Part shown: piece by piece, positions 58,177-64,000 of the stretch
Layout of the letters: every line of letters begins with the position of its first letter
Position numbering within the stretch: position 1 is the first letter of the stretch
From: a virus
IMG/VR virus record: IMGVR_UViG_3300013126_000010
Span: 120,708 to 184,707 of that record
Reading direction: 5' to 3' (one strand)
Length of the DNA stretch: 64,000 nucleotides
The notes under the pieces: generated by a model
What the model was told of the DNA's origin: nothing
Databases searched by the model: none
The model's input: only the letters and a program-made list of their open reading frames with translations
Program-made: the position numbers and the translations under genes

Positions 58177-58903
58177 AAAAAGTCTCCAAACTTAGCTGCC
58201 TATCTTCTAAATGATAGATATGGTCTTGTAATTTTTTAATATAGCCTTTATTTCTCAGTATCTTATAAGAAATATTTTCTGCTGAAAATTCGCCTTCACG
58301 TTCCAATCCAGTTTTTCGTAGACTATGTAGACGTTTTTTAACTTGAGAAACAACATCAAGATCATTTGATTTTAGCGCAAATTCTATTTTTGACAAATAG
58401 TTGTCAACCTTATCCAAAACATCTTTATCATTTATATTAACTTTGACTGCTTTTGGAGTAGATATCCATCGATTATCTAAAATACTATAGATACCGGATG
58501 AATGATGTGCTTCTTTGGCATCTTGTACATATACTTCAACATCAATATTTCTTATAGTAATATTATGATCGAAATTATATTGATTCTTTTTAGCTTTGAA
58601 TAATTCTTTATAATATTGTTCACCGTCACCAGGAACATCAACTACTAAATGTAAATCTATATCAGAATTTTCAGTATAGGTATATGCAGCATTTGAACCA
58701 GATATCGTAATATCTTTTAAATATATATGTGGAACTTCAATAAAATCTACTAAATGTTTTGCTATTTCTAATAACTTAAATCTAACCTGACGTTGCATTA
58801 GATGACCAGGACCCCATATTTTTGGGTTTAAATTGTTATGAAAAATTACAGCAGTATCAATTAAACTGTTATGTAATTCTCTTAAATACATTCTTTTCTC
58901 CAA
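58160..58903 (-). CDS. DNA pol beta-superfamily nucleotidyltransferase
   Basis: ISGSNAAYTY..SDIDLH...DVEVY; GEFS.EN..YK.LR..GY. Confidence 0.75.
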   Translation of the reverse strand: MEKRMYLRELHNSLIDTAVIFHNNLNPKIWGPGHLMQRQVRFKLLEIAKHLVDFIEVPHIYLKDITISGSNAAYTYTENSDIDLHLVVDVPGDGEQYYKELFKAKKNQYNFDHNITIRNIDVEVYVQDAKEAHHSSGIYSILDNRWISTPKAVKVNINDKDVLDKVDNYLSKIEFALKSNDLDVVSQVKKRLHSLRKTGLEREGEFSAENISYKILRNKGYIKKLQDHIYHLEDRQLSLETFYGVKF

Positions 58904-58919
58904 ATAGATAGAGTATTTA

Positions 58920-59309
58920 TCATAAACTCTTGATGCCGTAAGGTTTTTGATAATCGAATATAATATTCACCGATGGTATGAAAATTGGAACGTCATATGA
59001 ACATTCTTCTGTTAAATTTTTTATATAGGGCACAAATTGAAATATATCATCTAAAATAGCAGTATGATTGTCAGCACGTTTGAATAGGTCAGGTATTTCC
59101 ATTCTCCACTCAAACATCCAATGTTTTAACCCATAAAATTTATCAGAATATAATACTATTGGAGAGTGGTCATAATATATATTACCACATAAACCGATAG
59201 TTTGTATTATAGTGTTGAAGTTTTGTTGTTGATATATTAAGAGGTTATCATTACCATGATAAACCTTGGTTTCAGTGATATCAATAGTGGTATATAATTG
59301 ATAGATCAT
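58920..59309 (-). CDS. hypothetical protein
   Basis: LYTTIDIT.T..QQQNFNTIIQ motif. Confidence 0.6.
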   Translation of the reverse strand: MIYQLYTTIDITETKVYHGNDNLLIYQQQNFNTIIQTIGLCGNIYYDHSPIVLYSDKFYGLKHWMFEWRMEIPDLFKRADNHTAILDDIFQFVPYIKNLTEECSYDVPIFIPSVNIIFDYQKPYGIKSL

Positions 59310-59325
59310 GAATTATTTAGCAGAC

Positions 59326-59355
59326 AAAAAAATCCCCGGATAAACCGGGGATTTT
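59326..59355 (-). terminator. intrinsic terminator
   Basis: AATCCCCGG/CCGGGGATT hairpin plus U-tract. Confidence 0.75.
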
Positions 59356-59384
59356 AAATTCTCGTCCGTGAGAAACTGTAGATA

Positions 59385-59747
59385 TTAAACAGTAGCTACA
59401 GTAATTGTGTTTCCAACTACAACAGTTGAAGCGGAAACGTCTACGCCATTGATACCAGCTGGGCTTAAATGACGGATACGAGCTTGCAATGTATCTACGT
59501 CGATAGCATGACCATCAATGATTGCGTGAATTTCATTACCATTTTTGAAAGTATACATCAATGGTTGAATTTCTTTAACGATAATTGCAACAGCTTGATC
59601 AACTTCGCCTTGGTTATCAGTGTCTTCAGCTGACAATGATGCTACTGGAGCAACAGTGATAACGATAGCTTTTTGTTGATAAACGCTAAACAATTGACCT
59701 TCGGTGAATGAACCATAATCACCATTTACACGAGTTGTTACTGACAT
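59385..59747 (-). CDS. probable virion structural protein
   Basis: late-promoter-like motif, own terminator, small beta-rich protein. Confidence 0.55.
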   Translation of the reverse strand: MSVTTRVNGDYGSFTEGQLFSVYQQKAIVITVAPVASLSAEDTDNQGEVDQAVAIIVKEIQPLMYTFKNGNEIHAIIDGHAIDVDTLQARIRHLSPAGINGVDVSASTVVVGNTITVATV

Positions 59748-59813
59748 AATATTTCTCCTAATCTGTCTTAATTGTATTTATATATAAAAATACATTTGCT
59801 TACAATGTATTTA

Positions 59814-60248
59814 TCATTTCTCAAATTTTTTAACCATTTTTACACCATCATTTGCTAGTTTATCTGCTAGTTCATTGTAAAAATCACCATTATGACCTTT
59901 AACCCAGATCCATTCTATTGAATGTTGTGCGCTAATGCCATCTAATTCTTGCCATAAATCTGTATTCTTTATATCTTTCCAGTTTTTATTCTTCCAATTG
60001 GTTATCCATTCTGACATGCCTTTTATCACGTATTGTGAATCAGAATATAATTTTACATTACATGGTCTTTTTAATGACTGTAGCGCTCTGATAGCCGCTA
60101 TTAATTCCATTCTATTATTGGTAGTATCGATATCACCACCATATAGTTGTTTTTCAATGTCATTATATTTTAAGACCACACCCCAACCACCTGGGCCTGG
60201 ATTTTTATGACAGGCACCATCGGTATATATAGTTACGATGTCGTTCAT
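59814..60248 (-). CDS. rnhA: ribonuclease HI
   Basis: IYTDGAC..NPGPGGWG, TTNNRMEL, SDSQYV, WVKGH, NELADKLA. Confidence 0.95.
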   Translation of the reverse strand: MNDIVTIYTDGACHKNPGPGGWGVVLKYNDIEKQLYGGDIDTTNNRMELIAAIRALQSLKRPCNVKLYSDSQYVIKGMSEWITNWKNKNWKDIKNTDLWQELDGISAQHSIEWIWVKGHNGDFYNELADKLANDGVKMVKKFEK

Positions 60249-60622
60249 ACAGAGAATTTTGGGTCTTTAGTGCTATAGTTAGGTTTTCGCATTATAGTTT
60301 TTGCTAATACGGTTTTTTGTCTGTTCATGCTATTAACTGGTTTAATGACAATCGGTAAATTAATCTGTGTAAGAATATCAACCAATACTGCTTCCGTTTC
60401 TGGGTTCATATCAGCTATAGTTTTACCATATTTTTGATATTCTTTGACAAATAATTCAACTAATTCTTTTGCAGTTATTTCTTTTTTATTACGTGGATCA
60501 TTCATTCGTTCAATAAAATGTGTTCCAAACTTGATATCTATACCAAGTTTGTTCCATAGTTGATCGACTATATGTTCTACTTTGTGTAATTGATCATGTG
60601 ATATTACTTCCCATATTTTCAT
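60245..60622 (-). CDS. hypothetical protein
   Basis: HFIERMNDPRN...AKTIMRK motif; leader MKIWEVI. Confidence 0.6.
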   Translation of the reverse strand: MKIWEVISHDQLHKVEHIVDQLWNKLGIDIKFGTHFIERMNDPRNKKEITAKELVELFVKEYQKYGKTIADMNPETEAVLVDILTQINLPIVIKPVNSMNRQKTVLAKTIMRKPNYSTKDPKFSV

Positions 60623-60870
60623 AATTTAGATTCCATTACTTTTTTAATACCTCTTTTGAACTTTTTAGCATCACCAGTTCTAATGGCGTTTATGAATCTC
60701 TTCTCCAAATCGGTTGAAGTTTCATAATCGTAATTGTCGTGAATTAATGATAATAAATTAATCGCGGATTCTATTAGATTAGTTCCTCTACTTTCAATTA
60801 CATAATCCTTGTTTCTACTGATACTAATATCGCTCAGTTCTTGTAAAATACTACGAGTAGTTTTTTTCAT
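60619..60870 (-). CDS. conserved small phage protein
   Basis: TRSILQEL...IESAINLL..D.KKF.RG. Confidence 0.65.
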   Translation of the reverse strand: MKKTTRSILQELSDISISRNKDYVIESRGTNLIESAINLLSLIHDNYDYETSTDLEKRFINAIRTGDAKKFKRGIKKVMESKL

Positions 60871-60987
60871 ATATCAAATCACCAATAAAAATTTCTTATT
60901 GTATTTATCCTATTATAGCAGATTGTTATTTTTGATACAAACGATCACAATAGAGAATTTTACATCTCTATTGTGATATTCATATTT

Positions 60988-62703
60988 TTAAGTTCCTAAA
61001 ATATTGCCTAATGGAAGTGAGCAAAATGCATACTTCGATGTAGTCAACGTAGTATTACTTTCATAATCATTGCTATCTCCTGCAAATAGCAATCTACTTG
61101 AATTTTTGAAACTGACTAATACTGTAGCAGTACTATTAGTTGATGGTGGTGAAGTCATTATCATATTGTCAATTTCTAACCCAGTAGTGTTTATCATTGG
61201 TTGTTGCCATGTAGTCATTGCTGCGCCAATAAATACATTACCTGCACCAGCCGTTCCCGCTCGATTAAACCCTCTCATTGATAATACATTGGTTGCAGTT
61301 TTAGTATAAACAGCAATCATTGGATTTTCAGGAAAATAGAGGGGAGTTAAATTAAAAATATTAGTAACACTTCCTGTAGTACGAACTGGAGTTGTTACAT
61401 CAGTAGTATTTGCAGCGTTTAATTGTCTGTGAGAATTATCACCCCAAGCGACTATTGAACCGTCAGATAATAACACTACTGCATTAGCAAACATTCTTAA
61501 TGTTTTCACAGGAGACGCTCCATTTGGACCAGTATATACCAATTTAAAAAATCCTCGGTTTGTAGTTGTACCATCACCACATTGTCCAGATGCATTATAA
61601 CCACAAGTATATATTTTGGTATTAGTTCCATCCCAAGTTGTCATAATAGACCAATTTCGATAAGCAGTTGTAGTCCCATTATATTCATATCCACCAGATT
61701 GAATACTAACAATACTTTGTATTACTGATGTTGGAATTGATGTTGTTGTTCCACTAACATCATATGTTGTTACTTGATTCCAAGTTGTTTTATCTGCTGT
61801 GCTGGTAGTTCCAAGTCCTAACCCATAAGATCCATTGTGACCACATGAAAATAATTTATAGGTGGTACCAGCCGCATTTCTCCAAATTGCGAAAGTAGTA
61901 TTACCAGTAAATTCTCCAACAAATATATTAACAAGAACATCAGTGGCAGATAATGTTGGAAATGCTGAATAACTAAGTGTTAATGGGAATAATTGATTGG
62001 TAGTCAAACCGATTCCGATATTACCAAAACCATTTTCTCCACATACATAAATTATATTTGGAGTTGCAGTTTTCTTGTAAAATAACGTTGCATTCCCAAA
62101 TGTTGTTATGCTTTGACGTACTATATCTTCACCTTGTGGAGGATGATAAAAAGTACTAACACCAGTATCAATTAAAACAGGCTGCCAACCTTCTGTAGTA
62201 TTATTTTGTCCTAATTGCCCTGAATAGTTTGAACCCCATCCATACATATAGCCATTTGAAAACAATACAACTAGCGTTGAACCTAATGATTCAAATTTCG
62301 CAATTGATACACCTTGGACAATAGGCGGGAACATAATTTCTGATGCCAAGTCCTTTGTATTTGGAGAACCTTGTCCTAATTGACCCCAATCATTATTCCC
62401 CCAGCTGATAATCCTATGATCAGCTGTTTGGACGAAAAAACTACCTTTAGATCTAACAGTGTGCACAATAGAGGAGTTAAAAGTCAACCCGTCTGTTTTA
62501 GTAACAATATCTACTGTTTGCCAAGCAGTTCCCGTGCCAGTGCTAACTAATAATGTATTAGTTGCACCTAAAGTGCCGCCCGTTAAATTATCTACATATG
62601 CCTTATTAACGCCATCAGTACTTGAAGAAGGTGTTGCCACATTTGTGATCGTGTTATTATTATTATCTAAACCGTTTTTAGCGGTAAATCGTGAATTTGC
62701 CGT
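60988..62703 (-). CDS. RCC1-repeat (beta-propeller) tail/receptor-binding-like protein
   Basis: WGNNDWGQLG, WGSNYSGQLG, CGYNASGQCG repeats; ITNVATP..D.VNKAYVD fibre motif; frame open up to ACG at 62703. Confidence 0.75.
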   Translation of the reverse strand, partial: TANSRFTAKNGLDNNNNTITNVATPSSSTDGVNKAYVDNLTGGTLGATNTLLVSTGTGTAWQTVDIVTKTDGLTFNSSIVHTVRSKGSFFVQTADHRIISWGNNDWGQLGQGSPNTKDLASEIMFPPIVQGVSIAKFESLGSTLVVLFSNGYMYGWGSNYSGQLGQNNTTEGWQPVLIDTGVSTFYHPPQGEDIVRQSITTFGNATLFYKKTATPNIIYVCGENGFGNIGIGLTTNQLFPLTLSYSAFPTLSATDVLVNIFVGEFTGNTTFAIWRNAAGTTYKLFSCGHNGSYGLGLGTTSTADKTTWNQVTTYDVSGTTTSIPTSVIQSIVSIQSGGYEYNGTTTAYRNWSIMTTWDGTNTKIYTCGYNASGQCGDGTTTNRGFFKLVYTGPNGASPVKTLRMFANAVVLLSDGSIVAWGDNSHRQLNAANTTDVTTPVRTTGSVTNIFNLTPLYFPENPMIAVYTKTATNVLSMRGFNRAGTAGAGNVFIGAAMTTWQQPMINTTGLEIDNMIMTSPPSTNSTATVLVSFKNSSRLLFAGDSNDYESNTTLTTSKYAFCSLPLGNILGT

Positions 62704-62728
62704 AATTCCCTATCCTTATGTTTTAAAT

Positions 62729-63253
62729 TTATTCCCAAGATAAACTTGGGAATATTGAATCAACTTCTGATAATGAAGTTGGTAATGGAATATTGTTGGA
62801 TTGAATATCTTTGCAATACCTATCTACTATTTTCCATATCATATCTCTAACTTCTATTGCTTTTTTTCCTTGTTGTTTAAAATCTTCATCATTTGAATTT
62901 ATATAACTACAGGCAGAATTAATATCATCATAATATTTTTGCTGTGCGAAGTTATTTAATAATTGAGTGGCTTTATAGCCTACGTTGGTTTTAAACGTAT
63001 TCATTTCATTGTCTAGATCAGAACCTTCAATATCTTCAATGGTATATTCTAATATCCATGAACCATCAACGAATGATGGTTCTGTATTTTGAATAATTCT
63101 TTTGAATAATTGTTCTTCTGGCCTAGTTTGTTCTATTACTTCAACTACTCCTGGTGGTAAATCAGTAATAGTTGAAGGGAAAGATGTATTATAAAATTCT
63201 TGGTATAAATCAATAAATTTTATAAATTTGTTATTTTCTATTATTGCATACAT
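62729..63253 (-). CDS. tail fibre assembly/chaperone-like protein (DUF4376-like)
   Basis: LNNFAQQKYYDDINSACSY..S....F..QG..A...RD.IW. Confidence 0.65.
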   Translation of the reverse strand: MYAIIENNKFIKFIDLYQEFYNTSFPSTITDLPPGVVEVIEQTRPEEQLFKRIIQNTEPSFVDGSWILEYTIEDIEGSDLDNEMNTFKTNVGYKATQLLNNFAQQKYYDDINSACSYINSNDEDFKQQGKKAIEVRDMIWKIVDRYCKDIQSNNIPLPTSLSEVDSIFPSLSWE

Positions 63254-63273
63254 ATTATAAATTCCGTTAATTA

Positions 63274-64000
63274 TTAATTACTCACCATTATACCTGAAAC
63301 AAGTGAAGAACCAATTACAATAACTACAGAATTATGTGAATCAAAATACATATAACCCATCGAAGTTAGGCATCCAGATGATGTTGATGATCTAGTTGAC
63401 CAATTGACAAAATCCGTACTGGAATGTATACCAGATGAAGAAGCGGCAACATACAAAGATCCTGTGTATATCACAGTGGAAATGGAGGATGATGGTATGG
63501 TGGATTGATAAGTACAGCTCCAATCAATACCATTTACACTGGATGATATAAATTTAGAGGCAGAATTTGATACACTTCTTACGGTAGATCCATCACTAAA
63601 TAAAGTGTTTAACGTATTTGATGTTGGTACCCCGCTATCTTGCGCAATTGATGAGGTTGGAGTCGTCCCTGTCCTAATAGCCCCATATTGTCCTACAACT
63701 ACAAATGAACTACCATTCCATATTACTGAATATGGTTGAAAATCTCCGGTAATAAGACCACTATTTGTTATTGGAGTCCACGTTACCCCATCCGAACTAT
63801 ATATAGTCCGTGAAATTGATAATGAAACAAAGGTCGAACCATTCCATGTTATAGTATTTAACGCCGTTGTAGTGTTACTGGTTCTAGTTGTCCATGTAAC
63901 GCCATCTGGACTTGTTATTACCGTTCCGGTAGCACCCACTGCCACAAATAGGTTAGACCCATTCCATGTTACTCCATTCAATGCGTTGGTAGTACCGCTG
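63274..64000 (-). CDS. beta-propeller repeat tail protein, 5' truncated by the window edge
   Basis: repeated V.WNGS.FV.VG and SSDG.TWT units. Confidence 0.65.
   Translation of the reverse strand, partial: SGTTNALNGVTWNGSNLFVAVGATGTVITSPDGVTWTTRTSNTTTALNTITWNGSTFVSLSISRTIYSSDGVTWTPITNSGLITGDFQPYSVIWNGSSFVVVGQYGAIRTGTTPTSSIAQDSGVPTSNTLNTLFSDGSTVRSVSNSASKFISSSVNGIDWSCTYQSTIPSSSISTVIYTGSLYVAASSSGIHSSTDFVNWSTRSSTSSGCLTSMGYMYFDSHNSVVIVIGSSLVSGIMVSN

Noticed and set aside
1-64000. Prophage or bacterial chromosome origin
   Set aside because: No integrase or bacterial housekeeping operons; uniform strand bias, T4-like late motifs, homing endonucleases and structural genes point to a lytic jumbo phage.

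Overview
AT-rich, gene-dense segment of a lytic jumbo/T4-like tailed phage genome read in standard code 11, with nearly all genes on the minus strand. Left ~25 kb: a dispersed tRNA region (about 17 conventional or near-conventional tRNAs, a circularly permuted two-piece tmRNA, several atypical tRNA-like RNAs, homing endonucleases). It also holds a ~7 kb insert encoding a giant MofA/OmpB-like multicopper oxidase (one in-frame TAA) and a CxxCH cytochrome c/periplasmic-binding protein. The standout signal is a family of eight small RNA cassettes (E1-E8). Each has a covarying 8-bp closing stem plus a conserved UU(U/A)C(A/U)GCAA motif. The cassettes enclose a circularly permuted tRNA (3' half-linker-5' half; Asn, Leu, Thr), a bare anticodon-like stem-loop, or a tRNA fragment. 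Middle: tail-fibre-like and membrane-stress genes, an amidoligase, and a cluster of proteins with T4-like capsid-targeting leaders (ADP-ribosyltransferase-like, ParB-like, kinase-like). Right: clpS, Hsp20, bS21, rlpA, glutaredoxin, nrdAB, HD/NUDIX/PD-(D/E)XK enzymes, a nucleotidyltransferase, RNase HI and tail proteins. All calls come from reading the sequence and recalled motifs; no searches were run.
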